DNA of 61,812 nucleotides, filler included, from Choristocarpus tenellus KU-1152 (GCA_964200185.2; 12 parts of 12 records of this genome joined end to end with filler, not necessarily neighbours in it), one strand, 5' to 3'; counted from the first letter of the whole stretch, positions 13,169 through 25,846 are shown. Made by a program: numbers and translations. Notes: generated by a model from the letters alone, not told the origin.

Positions 13169-14039
13169 TTTACATGGTTGTTAAAACTGCAAAAATAAAA
13201 AAGCGTATTTATTTCACAGGTACAGGTATGTTTGTGTAAAATGTTGATGGTTGGTCTATACTGCTACCCTACCATGGGAAATCTACAACCGAGTGTTGGC
13301 AACTGCAGAGAAATTGGAAATACTTGCACGACTGACAGAATTTTTCAACGATATCGTGTTGACTGTGGGTGCTATCCGCTCTATCATAGCGTGTCCAGAT
13401 ATTATTCTAATGGAGTAATCGAATTGTCCAATTCTTCAAGTAACTGTGACTGTACTACAGGTGTACTGTGTCAGAGTGCACTTACCGTAATCTTATCGGG
13501 CAGTGGTACACTGACCACGAAAACACAATAATATTGAAATTGTGGTGGCGGCCTTCATGCCAAGGTTTGATGTGTCATTTTTTGTAAGGTATACCTTAGA
13601 GTCTGCCCCTTCTAGATATCAGCATTCCTATCTGATGACAGCAACATCAGGATGATGAGTAGAGCTTCCAAACCCCACTCACTTACTCTCCTCCTATTTT
13701 CTCTTCTGAGCGACCGCTTTGTGTTCAATAGCCCTTCTTCCTTGTCTGTCTCCTTGTCACTTTCTCCTGTGGGTCTTCCCGTTCTCGTTCAGTGTGGAAA
13801 CGTTTTTTGCTACTTTCCACCTTCTCGGAATTTCACAAATTACATGAACTATATATCATACAAATAGTCAATCTTCAATTTACCACCTTGGTATTTTTAT
13901 AGTATTTTAATACTATTGTCTGTTGTCAGGCAGATTTGTCAATAAAACATCACATTCAAGTGGCATTTGTGGTTTGGGGAAGACAGAAGTCGTCATATTG
14001 AAATCCCCAGTCAGATTCCTTCCAGCCACACACTAGGCG

Positions 14040-14660
14040 CACACATGATGAGAAAATATCTTGGATGATAAAAATAAAAAATCTGATGCTGGTTTTAAAA
14101 GGGCCGTAGTTGTAGAGCTGGTTCAAGACAGCAATAAGAGAGCTCCTATCATGGCAACATAAAGCGAGCCCCTGAGATGTTTGGGTGCAATACTCAGTCC
14201 ATCTGAAGGTTTTCGAAGGTTTGGCACTATAGATCCCTACATTGGTCATAGACGAAGGGGGAATTCTGGTCGGAAAGGTACCAACGATGTCAACAACCCA
14301 TGAGATGGTCTCGAAACGATCTCCATTAGAAACTGCGTGATGCAGCGTACCCTGGCGGCTCAGGTGGGTATCCCGCTGTTCACTATGCATGACAACATGA
14401 AGAAGCTTGGTTTAAGGGTATATTCGACCTATCTATAGCCGTTCCTTACTGATGAGTGCATGTTACAAAGGGTGAGGTGGGTAACTTCCTGGGTCAGTGA
14501 GGAACCCGAAGGTTGAAAGAGCTTCCACCAAATGAAAGACTTTGCCCCTGTGTGAATGAGGAGTGGTTCTTCATCTGCATGGATAACCAAGACGACTACC
14601 TCCATGATTGTGACGAATCTTCTGCCCGCAAGGTGCAGTGCAAGGGTTGCATTACCTATC
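14040..14660 (+). pseudogene. DD39D (plant-type) mariner transposase fragment
   Basis: LAAQVGIPLFTMHDNMKKLGLRVYSTYL*PFLTDECMLQRVRWV then NEEWFFICMD...ARKVQCKGCIT, equivalent to VDEKWF...RKVQSKRFIT. Confidence 0.75.
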
Positions 14661-14699
14661 GACCAAAAAAACCCCTACTCCCTTAGTAACTCGGTAAGT

Positions 14700-15140
14700 T
14701 GTGCATCTTACCCTTCGTAGGTTATACTCAACATTAAGAAATGACTTAAGATCGGTTGAGCACTCCCTTAAGTCAAGCTTTTCCAAGCGGAACACATGTA
14801 ATACGCACCTGGTCCGCCAGGGTGCGTTGCATCATGCAATTTATTGCGAAAATGATTTGAAAGGGATATTGTGGGTCATCGACTTTGATCAGTTTGCCAC
14901 CAGAGACCGTTGCATACCAATGAAGGAATCCATAGCACCAGGATCCTTTTTTGGTCTGGTTGACCTTCCAAAGCCTTGAGACGGTTGGAGTATTCCTCTT
15001 GAATATCTCGGTAACGTGGTTGATATCATGTTGATATTAGCTCATCTTGCTTCCTTGAACCAGATCCCAAATCAATGTCCTTTTTTGAACCAGCATTGTG
15101 TTCTTTCTTTTGATATTCTCTGACATATTTTGACCTTACT
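14700..15140 (-). pseudogene. Second, inverted DD39D mariner transposase fragment
   Basis: Reverse complement aligns by eye with 14050-14460 (e.g. tgatgcaacgcaccctggcggaccaggtgcgtatt vs tgatgcagcgtaccctggcggctcaggtgggtatc). Confidence 0.7.
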
Positions 15141-17295
15141 ATATGTTTTAATAGTAAATAGTAAAAAAAAAGATGTTAAGCAATCCACACACCATTAAGA
15201 GTTTAGATTACCGTGCACAACCCTTGGAGGTTTATCCTGTCATCGTTCTTGCCTGTGGGGAAAGTAGGTACTGCATTGATTATGTTTTTACAAAACTGAA
15301 CTCTACCATTGAATTCCTTCTGTAACCGTTTCTTACAGTTTCAAGAACAATGACGGTCGTTGTGACCGTGTCGACATTTCCCACAATTATGCATACCGTT
15401 ATACACGGTTGGACAAAACTTGACAGTCAGAAACCAAACGAACAGCAAAAGTGCGATTATGTGGGGCTGTGATAAATATAGCACTCTAGACCTCCTTTGT
15501 CATCAGCCACCACTTAACAGATCTGATATGAATCTAGTCGTTGGTGATATTTTGCTAATCTAATGCCCTCATGAATACTACTTTCTCGAGCGAGGGAGCC
15601 TATTCCAGCCTTCTTGTTTCATGCGATGCAGTAGTTATTTCAAAGATATTGAGTACATGAGGTATTTCAACAGGCTAGTTTTGGTCTGATGATCGAGCGG
15701 GTGAGAACTGGAGGGGGAATGATATCTCTTTCCAAATAGGCAACAAACAACCCCTTCCCTTCTTCTCCCCTTTGTCCTCACTTATTCCACCCTCAGGTCT
15801 TGCTCAAGGAAGGTGCCCAAGGAGGAGCCTGGGTACCTCCGTCAAACGAAGTGCTCTATAGTTAGGAACCCACCCGGGTTTGCCTCAGCCAGCTGGTGAA
15901 TCTCTCTTTTGTGCTGGTGTATACTAGCCGCTGATCCCATAAAATGAGTAATTTGGGGGTACAACTATTATCTGATGCATCAAATGCTGCGCATCACCAA
16001 TTACTGACCCTGAGCTTCATCAACTTTGTTATCCCACTGCTGCAGGGACGTGGAGGTGCAGGGGTGCTTTGATTGATCGCAGGCAATGCATGAGGGAGGG
16101 AGGAGGATGATGGTGTTCTTCTACTTCACAGTCAGAGGCGGTTGCACACAATAATGCTCGTAGTATGTGATATAGAACAGCCTTCCTTGCATTTTAGTGC
16201 ATTGATGCTTTTTTCAAAGCATGATATGTGAATGCTTGCAGTTTTATAAGCTTACGCACTTTCTGATGCTTGGGTATATTTTAGTTTTAGTGCTTCTATT
16301 ACTAATTCCTCATATGCCATGCTATTGCTTGAAGCATATTGGTTGGAGTGTGCTTGAACAATAGGGCTGAATTACATATCGATTTTTGTCTTTATGCTTG
16401 ATTGTGTATTTTTTGTCTCCTGCATTGTATGTTGGAACACCGACTACTTATACTTGTTGTCATGATGGCACACCTTGAGTTTTGGTGATATCCAAGCCTG
16501 TTGCATGCCAGGCCTATTCAGGAATGCGTGTTCGGAATAAGACTTGTTTGACATTGTATTTCCAGTTTCTTTGAGTGCTGATGCCATGACTGGTCCTGTG
16601 GCTCTGTGAGGAATTTGTATCAGTAGAGGTGCAGTCAGTGTTGCTGAATAGGCTATACCTCGTTTCCACCTTGACTCCCCATTCTATCAAGGGTTGAGAG
16701 ACTGCACCACCCACCAACGTGATGGTCTTCATCTAAGCACTTCCTTCTTTTGCAGAGTTTCGTTTGTCTGTTGGCAACCTTTTTGGATGCCCTATTGTTG
16801 CAAGTCTGTAGTACCCTGGGTGACAAATCAATGCTTGTGTTGATTTCCTGACTTTTGGTAGCATGATCTGGTGTTTATGATGTTGGTTGGACGTTGCGTT
16901 TGTGGTGGAAGGTGGGAGAGTTAGTGTTGAAGGAGTTTGACCGCCTCATGCACTTCACAACATGATATCATCTGTTCTTGTTTGGGCGATTTGGATCAAG
17001 TTCTCTTTGCAGTATTCAGAGGTGGGATGTGGTAGACAGGCACTCGACCTTGGTATGTACCCCAGCCCAAGGTCTGGGTGAGCACTTGTTTGAGAAGGAG
17101 AACCAAAGTAAACGAGAGGTACTCAGCTTTTGGCCGTTTTGCATTACAACTCTGTTTTTCGATAGTTTGTAACACACCAATATTTCTGGATGAGGTTCAA
17201 AGCTCGACTTAAGAGCATCTATATTTCTATTGTTTGAAACTGTTCCAACACAATGCAGAAAATTCTATACATATTTCTTTAAAATAATGATTTTT

Positions 17296-17463
17296 AGCTT
17301 AAAGTGTATGGGGGGTGTCGGCTGTCCATCGGGGACTCATTTTTCCTTGTCGGGATTTTTGGGTGATTTGGTTGCATGCGTCGGATGGATAATGTAAGTG
17401 CACTTCTCCTGGCCTGGCCCCGAATGGACACCCTTGTGTAGACCCCCCCCCCCCCCCCCCCCC
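17296..17463 (+). mobile_element. MITE family A (variant A2), right end lost in poly-C at contig end
   Basis: Matches family A body gggtgatttggttgcatgcgtcggatggataatg...cgaatggacacc..tgtagacccc. Confidence 0.85.
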
Positions 17464-17485
17464 GCTTTTTTTTTCTTTTTTTTTT

Positions 17486-17585
17486 NNNNNNNNNNNNNNN
17501 NNNNNNNNNNNNNNNNNNNNNNNNNNNNNTTAATTAATTAANNNNNNNNNNNNNNNNNNNNNNNNNNNNNNNNNNNNNNNNNNNN
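17486..17585. other. Artificial contig linker
   Basis: N44-TTAATTAATTAA-N44. Confidence 0.97.
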
Positions 17586-17828
17586 GGAGCGGGGGGGAGG
17601 GGGGGGGGGGGGGGGGAGTGAGTTGAGTGATGGGGGAAAAAAGAGTTGCGTTAGACTAGGGGCGGTTTTGGAGAGGTTGCTGACACATCTGTATTCCTGA
17701 TCTATTCCAACTAAGCAATTACAATTTGACTGGACTGTGTGGTGTAATGATAGTTATCACTGAGATTGTAGCTAGTTCAGCATACCCCATTAACCATTAT
17801 GCTAGTCATCCTGAGTTAGGAGGTTGGC

Positions 17829-17939
17829 TTGTTGAGTGAAAAACTTGTTGAGTGAAAAACTTGTTGAGTGAACAATTTGTTAAGCGAAAAACTTATCAAG
17901 TGAAAACTTGTTGAGTGAAAACCTTGTTGAGTGAAAAAA
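17829..17939 (+). repeat. ~16-bp minisatellite (ttgttgagtgaaaaac) x~7
   Basis: Directly visible tandem units. Confidence 0.9.
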
Positions 17940-18888
17940 TTATGGAGTGCCTTCACTGTTTCAGGTTGTTTTGCAGGGGATGAATTTCCTGGAATGGACT
18001 TGGTACCTGTGAAGGCTAATAGACACCTGAAATGAGCTGTATCTGAACCTGCTCTGTATGGACTCATGCCAACCTCGTGTCTTTGTCTGTTTCCTTTCAA
18101 AACTGAGCTGTGATGGTGTATTAACTATTGGTTACATTATTTGCATCGGTAACTCTAGTGAGATTAGTGATCATTGGTTTGTTGTGGATGTGCCAATGCC
18201 GATGCCTTTACACCAATGGCTTGAATGTAGCCCAAGGTACGCCTTCTGGTAGAAGTCAGTAATGTGCAGATGCCATGCAAGCTGTGTGCTTTGAAGTACT
18301 TTGCATTTATGGCAAGATACGGTAATATTTTTATTACTTTGAAGTACTTTGAAGTACTTTGGTGGCCATTTCCCGTGGTTAGGTGTGTGTGCGTTGTGGA
18401 TTCATGTGGTTAGGGTTAGGGCACAACTGCCGTGCAGGTGGAGAAGGATATTGTGGGAGGGAAATTAAGCAAAGAATAATGTGTATAGAAGGCGTGTCTC
18501 TCCAAGGTAGGCGTTTTCCTCATTGACCGTATTTAATTTCTTGGGGGGGGAGGATTGCTCCCTGTTAGCACCCCCCTGCGCAGGATGCTTCCTGTAGTTA
18601 CACATGTGAAGAGAGTGTTTGGTGTGATTGGGGAGGCGTGTGGTACAGTTTTGTGGCGAGATGACCTGCTTCTATGTGACTCTGGGGCAGTGCCTGAGCT
18701 CACCATAGTTGGAGTTGGGAACAGAGAGTGTTGTTGGCGAGTGAAGGGTGTTTGGTGTGATGAGAGCATCGGAATAAAAAGAAAGGAGTGATAAGAGTCA
18801 GTAGAACAGTATGACTGGTACTGTAGAAGAAACTGATTACATCATGAAGTATTGACTGTGTACTGTCATTGATATATCATACGTGTTT

Positions 18889-19151
18889 GTTAGAGGTACA
18901 CCTCAAATTGTTATACCGTTCTGATGTTAGAAGGTACACCTCAAATTTTTATACCGTTCTGATGTTAGAAGGTACACCTCAAATTGTTATACCGTTCTGA
19001 TGTTAGAAGGTACACCTCAAATTGTTATACCGTTCTGATGTTAGAAGGTACACCTCAAATTTTTATACCGTTCTGATGTTAGAAGGTACACCTCAAATTT
19101 TTATACCGTTCTGATGTTAGAAGGTACACCTCAAATTTTTATACCGTTCTG
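18889..19151 (+). repeat. 38-bp minisatellite (gttagaaggtacacctcaaattKttataccgttctgat) x7
   Basis: Units start at 18889, 18926, 18964, 19002, 19040, 19078, 19116. No spacers. Confidence 0.95.
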
Positions 19152-19363
19152 TTGATCCTGTCGGTGGGAATCTCCAATTATTCTCAAAATCAATGCAATG
19201 CTGTGTTTTTGACTGCCTTTGCTTCCCCGGAGGAAAGGAGGGTGTGGGTGGGGGGAGGGGGGACAATGTGTTGAAGGGNNNNNNNNNNTTTTTTGTGTGG
19301 GTTTTGGTGGTTAATTTTCTTTTTTTCTCAAGAGTGTGTTTGTTTTTTTGTTTGGGCGGCGGT

Positions 19364-19408
<45 letters not shown>

Positions 19409-19765
19409 AATGTGTTGAAGGGTATCCAATCTGTGGGGGTGATTTGCGTGGGAGGATATATGGTGGAGTGATGAGAGTTGGTGTGTGGGGGGCGATGGCA
19501 ACTGTGGTTCATCAGACATCTCTTAGAGAGTTTTCACTATCGTAGGACTGTGTTGAGAGGGTCGTGATTCAGTCGCTGTGATTCATTTATTTAATCAGAT
19601 GATAATTGGTATTATTGTAGTCGAAGCCTTTTGATTAATTTTTGATTGATTTTTTTTCGATTGACATTCGATTGACTTTTGATTAAACCGTTGTTTTGTT
19701 CCTGATAAGGTGAAATTTTCCAGCCCGTGCGATCTTCTTTGACATTCGTATCGCGATTGGTTCCG

Positions 19766-19910
19766 ATTTCACAACCCTAACCCTAACTAATGTGTCAAAC
19801 TATTTGTAGTATTTGGAGGAGTATGTTTGAAGTGGTTTATATGAATACCGTTGTGTAGATAACATTCCTGGAATCATACCGATCTTAGGGTTAGGGTTAG
19901 GGTGGGAAAT
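19766..19910. repeat. 145-bp unit bounded by inverted telomere-like repeats
   Basis: atttcacaaccctaaccctaa ... ttagggttagggttagggtgggaaat. Confidence 0.6.
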
Positions 19911-20757
19911 GATGAAAATAATGAAACGCTCAGGTTGTGATGTTGGCGAAATCAGATGGTCTGTATGGACCCAGCGGTGGCCAAAAGCCAGGAGGGTGTG
20001 GTTTGTGGGTGTGGCCTAGGCTGTGGTAGAGAGGAGGGAGGGGGTGAGGAGTCCCTTTGTTGTGATTTGTGTACTTGCGACAAAATTCAGATTGAGGTGC
20101 ACAGTAACCTAACGCCTATTCCTCCTCTTGATTTTTTTTTTTTTCTTCCTCAGTTTACTATTTACTATTTTCGTAATGTTCAGTAAGAACGGAATAGGAA
20201 CGGGACGGACCTTGCCTTCAAAATTGGAAGAATCGGAGATTCGAAAATTTATTGTTGGGAAGAGCCGTCCGTAGTACTATACACTGTTGCAGGGATCGTA
20301 TAGATTGAGTACAATACGTGGAGGTGCAGTTGGGAGTGTAACTGAAGAGAGTAACTGACAAGACTGACAAGTGTAACTGAAAAGAGTAAACACAGTGCTC
20401 TTATTGACTCAGGTACACGATACTGATTGGTAACAATTGCTGTTATGACAACAGCATATCGTTCACGTGTGGGTAGTGCTAGTAATGGTCTCCGTGTGGG
20501 AAATGGCATGCATCCCCAGGTAGATTCTGTACATTTTGGGAGGAGCTGGCTTGTGCCAGAGGGAGGGGTGTTTGGGTGGGGGGGAGGTCTTGTTGTTGAA
20601 GAGGATGAAGTCAGATTTAGTTTTTTTTTCCTTCGGTTGTTAGTGTTTTTTTTTTTTTTTTAATTGAAGTGTATTGCCCAGCAGGCCGCCGTCTAATCCT
20701 GAAATTTCCCATATGCTGTCGACTTGGAAATTAGCACTCAACACAGCGGTACAACGC

Positions 20758-20854
20758 AATGAATAGTATATACCGATGAATGGTACATACCGATGAATGG
20801 TATATACCGATGAATGGTACATACCGATGAATGGTATATACCGATGAATGGTAT
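20758..20854 (+). repeat. 17-bp minisatellite (atgaatggtaYataccg) x~5.5
   Basis: Directly visible. Confidence 0.9.
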
Positions 20855-21198
20855 GAGTAGTTGTTATACATACACCATCAACATTTTTTCTTATTTTTGT
20901 ATCATACCACCGACCACAAGGAAACCCTATTTTAGGGGCACTGGTTGTTACCATTAGTGTAGTGTAATATGTTGTAGAATGTCTACACTGTTGTATCTGT
21001 GGTGGTTTCTATGAGGGGGAGCTGCGTATGTCTGATTATTCACGGGCTTGGGAGCTAGGTGTTTTAGTTTTGTACACAGATTCTATGGCGTTTATTTGTG
21101 TTGATGTTATTGTTGTTCCTCCGGCAACACGTGTGAGGTTCCAATGGTCAGTTCGCACTGTTGGATAGCCTGTGATGAACTTCTGGGTGCATTAGTTT

Positions 21199-21378
21199 AT
21201 GTACATAGGTACATGTTATGTGTTATTTGCATGTGTATACATAGGTACATGTTATGTGTTATTTTCATGTATGTACAAAGGTACATGTTACGTGTTATTT
21301 TCATGTATGTACAAAGGTACATGTTATGTGTTATTTTCATGTATGTACAAAGGTACATGTTATGTGTCATTTCCATGT
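21199..21378 (+). repeat. 36-bp minisatellite (atgtacaaaggtacatgttatgtgttattttcatgt) x5
   Basis: Directly visible. Explains the 12-aa repeat ORFs in the track. Confidence 0.92.
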
Positions 21379-21404
21379 GCTGTGTGGTTTATGTTTTTGG
21401 ACAG

Positions 21405-21500
21405 GTGAGTCAGGACAGGTTCACCAGCAAGAGGCGGGCCGTGGGAGTTGTGTTGGTCAAGTCGTTCAAGGAGAAGAAGGAGGAGGAACAATTGCAGAAA
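21405..21500 (+). CDS. Isolated internal exon, unknown protein (VSQDRFTSKRRAVGVVLVKSFKEKKEEEQLQK)
   Basis: ttttggacag| acceptor, |gtgaga donor, 96 nt open, purine-rich coding-like composition. Confidence 0.5.
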
Positions 21501-21833
21501 GTGAGAATAGATGATTAGATGATTAGATGATTAGATGATAATGGTGTTTGGGAACCGCAGTCAATAGTAATTGTTTGCCATAGAACAATGCAAGCGGCAG
21601 CAATTGTTTGAGGTACTACTGTTAGGAGGGATGGTTGGTTGATCGTCTCCACACCTTGATCCTGTCAGCGTGCATTTGTTTGTCTGCTGTTTTAAATGCT
21701 TTTGTCGGAAGCTTTATTCTTCTTTTTTCTTTTTTTTTTTCTTTTTTTTTGGGGGGGGGAGCTATCTGCACGATATCTGTTACCAATGCTTCAGTTTTAT
21801 TGGGACTCGTAGAGCATCTAAGTTTGGGGAGGT

Positions 21834-21933
21834 NNNNNNNNNNNNNNNNNNNNNNNNNNNNNNNNNNNNNNNNNNNNTTAATTAATTAANNNNNNNNNNN
21901 NNNNNNNNNNNNNNNNNNNNNNNNNNNNNNNNN
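21834..21933. other. Artificial contig linker
   Basis: N44-TTAATTAATTAA-N44. Confidence 0.97.
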
Positions 21934-22002
21934 CAAAAAAGTGAAAATCGAAAAAAGGGTGAAAAACGGATGCCGACACCCCCCCCCAAGATACTTTGAC
22001 CC
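21934..22002 (-). mobile_element. MITE family A (variant A3), partial at contig start
   Basis: Ends ccccaagatactttgaccc. Body nearly identical to 38684-38751. Confidence 0.8.
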
Positions 22003-22254
22003 AAAGACAACAACAGAGATGGATTGTCCACAAGGACTCTGGCACATTTTACTCTAAATACAATATAATAAATATAATATGATGTGACACAACATTGAGA
22101 TATCTTGACATTGTTTTTTTAGTATAGGTTTCGAGGATTCCTTTTCTAAGATTTCATTTTGATGACATAAATATTTGGATGTATTGGTGTTGAATGGGGT
22201 ACTCTCATTCTTATGAACCAATCAACCCCAGAAGTTATTTGTCAGAGGTGAACA

Positions 22255-22720
22255 CAACCATACTGCAACACTAACAAAACATACTGTAACACTTACACAA
22301 CCATTCCGTAACGTAACACATCCATACCGAAACATTAGCACACCATACTGTATCATTAACACACCATACTGTATCATTAACACAACCATACCGTATCATT
22401 AACACACCATACTGTATCATTAACACACCATACTGTATCATTAACACACCATACTGTATCATTAACACAACCATACCGTATCATTAACACACCATACTGT
22501 ATCATTAACACACCATACTGTATCATTAACACACCATACTGTACCATTAACACAACCATACCATAACTCTAACACAATTTTACTGTAACACTAATACAAC
22601 ATACCGGAACATTAACAAATCATACCATAACATCAACTTAATCATACCATAACATTAAAACAACCATACTGTATGTAACATCAACAAACCATACCATAAC
22701 ACTAACACAACCATACTGTA
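22255..22720 (+). repeat. 21/22-bp minisatellite with 85-bp higher-order period (core 22341-22561)
   Basis: (caccatactgtatcattaaca)x3 + caaccataccgtatcattaaca repeated, with degenerate flanks. Confidence 0.9.
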
Positions 22721-22745
22721 AGATAAACATAATCTCTGTTCTCAC

Positions 22746-24263
22746 CTCCATGAATTCCTTGGTGACTAAAGCAGCACTAGCATCCTTCAGGTGGTGGACT
22801 TGTTCCATCACTTTATCATTAGAGATTACAATAGAGTCAAGCACACCCTGCATCTCTCTTAAGAGTAACTACAAACATACACCACAGAGAGGGAAATGCA
22901 GTACAAGGAAGGTTAGAGTGACAATATTGTGAACTCTGGCTACCAGTGCAATACATCATACTTCGAAGTAGCTATTAATACTCACAGTAGTAAACTTTTA
23001 ATACACAATCACAGTAGTTAACAGTTACGAGTAGGGTTAGGGATGCTTTTTCTGATGACCAAAACAAAAAAAGTATTGAAAGGGTCAGTCTGACTTTCTG
23101 GTATGACACCATTTTTTCAGCAGACAGTCCACAGATGTGGACTGCAGCTTGTTTGTTCATGAGTACGCTCAGTGTTTGTAACAAACTTATCCTTATCGGA
23201 CACCTTTTTTTTGTTCTTAATGTCTTTAGTCTTTTTATTACAAATTAGAAAAAATTAATGGAAAACAAAACTGTCAACCTCCCCCCCCCCCCCTCTCCCA
23301 CCAGATATATTATTATCAATAATAATCATAGTACAATGAATGCCATTGCTAAGCACCACTCTGCCTACCAATTGACCAATGAATAACTAGCGTCACAAAT
23401 TTTAGATTCGATTGGGTGAAATTTCGAATGGTTCAAGAACAAAATAGAGGGATGACTTTCAGTTGGTTAATTTTCACATGAATTGTGTGCCAAAGCTTGT
23501 CCACTGCGAGTACCTCTTGATTTCAACACCCCACACTCAAATTGTTTGAGCCGACTTTTAACTTACACCCGCACATGATTTAATTTCTATAATTCAATTT
23601 CTATTCATAGACACAATTAAAATGTAAGTAACCTATATACCCGAGGCTGGGGGTGACCTGAACTTAAGCATGCATCTATTGTAAATGTGTGGAGTGTTTA
23701 TCTCTATGGCTAATCATAGTCAGGTACAACCTACACAATAAGTCAGCATCAGTAGAATGGTGTGTGCTACTGGTTTTTTTTTTTGATGGAATGGAGTATT
23801 GAGCATGTACCACCAGTGGTATATACATGTATATTGACGGTAAACCTTATAAAGCCATCCAATTGGTGGGAATCTCCAGTTTGGCCTCATAGTTGTCGGC
23901 CCAATTTTTATATTTTTATTTTTTTATGTATATATATATATATATATGGTACTATGAACTAGACAGAACCATTCCACATGTCAACAACCAAAAATAGCAA
24001 TAGCTAGAGACCTCACTGAATTGTTGGTCCAAAAATGCATTGAGCACTACTGCGTAATAGAACGCGCACTTTCAACCAATCACATAGCTTCGTAGGGTTG
24101 GGCTTCACTTAGTGCACCCATGGAACATCAAACAAAGTAATCAATGATGCATACACGTTTTCACCTCCTCTCCTTCCATTGCATCAAGACCAGAGTGGTA
24201 CAAATCTCTGCGGCGGTCAACCCCAACCCCAACATCCTTCACAGCGTCTTCTATGGTCAATTT
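22746..24263 (-). CDS. Two phase-0 internal exons of an unknown protein: 24165-24263 and 22746-22847
   Basis: KLTIEDAVKDVGVGVDRRRDLYHSGLDAMEGEE (ttccag|..|gtgaaa) and GVLDSIVISNDKVMEQVHHLKDASAALVTKEFME (tgcag|..|gtgaga). Confidence 0.6.
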
Positions 24264-24557
24264 CTGGAAGTGGGGGAGGGAGAGAGGGAGGGAGGGAGGG
24301 AGGGAGGGAGGGGGTCATTTCCTTCCAAATAAGGCACACAGGCACACACTGCAACGCACTAGTATGTAGCATAGGTGCACATTAGAGCACAATGTGTTTT
24401 AAATGATTTAACCCACTCTCGCTATTGAGGGGACACAATCAATCATCACAATCAAGGCAAAAAAGGCAACATCTCTTTAGTACTTGATACAGTGAGTGTG
24501 CTACCACAAGACGGCCATTTGAGGAGGGGTAAGTTTGTGATTGAGGGGAGGGGGGGG

Positions 24558-24657
24558 NNNNNNNNNNNNNNNNNNNNNNNNNNNNNNNNNNNNNNNNNNN
24601 NTTAATTAATTAANNNNNNNNNNNNNNNNNNNNNNNNNNNNNNNNNNNNNNNNNNNN
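24558..24657. other. Artificial contig linker
   Basis: N44-TTAATTAATTAA-N44. Confidence 0.97.
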
Positions 24658-25195
24658 GGGGGGGGGTCTGCTAATAGTTAGTGATATCCGCCACTCTGCG
24701 TGTAGCAATAGCTCTACTGTTGATGTGATGTTATCTGAGTTTTTTTGTATGTGGGGCTGTCTGTGTATGCATGAAAGTTGTTACATGTCATTCAGTTGTT
24801 GGCAAAACAGTCAGTTAGAGGAAAAAATAATTTGTATGTAGTTTCTTGATGGTGCATCTGTACTGCTTCGTGGATGTATGGTCTTTTAAATGAGCAGTGC
24901 TTTCTTCCTCTTAACCTATTTTGGTTATTCAAGAAAGATGTGTGCGTTGTTGGTTTATGTCCGGGGTCTTGATTTTACCATATGAAAGCATTGTGTAATG
25001 GTTTTTCCACACAATAGATCTTATGTTACTAGTGAAATTGTGTAACATTGTAGTTTGATTTGATATGGCTTGTTTAAGAAGATGAAATGGGTGCAATCTG
25101 TCTCCGGTAGGATTTGATTTGGAAGACCTCTTTTATATTTTGCTGGTTGAGACGACTTACTCTAAAAAAGAATAAGAAAGGACCGAAATAACTTA

Positions 25196-25454
25196 GAGTG
25201 GAAGTAACTTAGAGGGTACAAGATTTTCCCTGTTTGTCCATTTGAGACTTGGGTTCTCACGGGTATTTCATGGCATTTTACCTACTCCAAAATTTTTTGG
25301 AGTTGGTAAAATGTTTATGTTTTGAAAAGGTGTGTCCGGAACAAGGATATTGACATCTCTTAACAAACATGATAGCCAAGATTACATCAAAATTGCAACA
25401 TTGGATTTTGGCCCCCATATGGACACGGCTCTACCCTCTACGATACTTTGAATC
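25196..25454 (+). mobile_element. MITE family B, full copy
   Basis: TIR GAGTGGAAGTAACTTAGAGGGTA/TACCCTCTACGATACTTTGAATC; 3-bp TSD tta. Confidence 0.88.
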
Positions 25455-25588
25455 TTACAACCCTAACCCTAGCCCTAACCCTTTAATTCTATTTTAGTTT
25501 TGAAAGGAGAAAAAGAAATAGGGTGCTTTCTTGTGAAGCCATCAACTGATGTACTGAGAGTAGCTAGGAAACACTGCTTGAGACATTG

Positions 25589-25846
25589 GAGCCAATGTAT
25601 CTTAGAGGGTACAGTCGCGTCCATTTGGGGACCAAAATCCGATGTTGCAATTTTGATGTAGTTTTGACTATAATGCTTGTTAGGAGATGTCAATATCCTT
25701 GTCTGGATACTCCTTTTCATAACGTATACATATTAACTACTCCGAAACATTTTGGAGTAGGTAAAATGTCATTTAAAATCCATGGGAAGCCAACCCCCAC
25801 ATGGACAAACAGGACAAAACTCGTACCCTCTAAGATACTTTTACTC
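25589..25846 (-). mobile_element. MITE family B, full copy
   Basis: TIR GAGCCAATGTATCTTAGAGGGTA/TACCCTCTAAGATACTTTTACTC; 4-bp TSD attg. Confidence 0.9.

Noticed and set aside
18889-19151. 38-bp repeats as a CRISPR array
   Set aside because: Units are contiguous with no unique spacers, no cas genes are present, and the context is eukaryotic.
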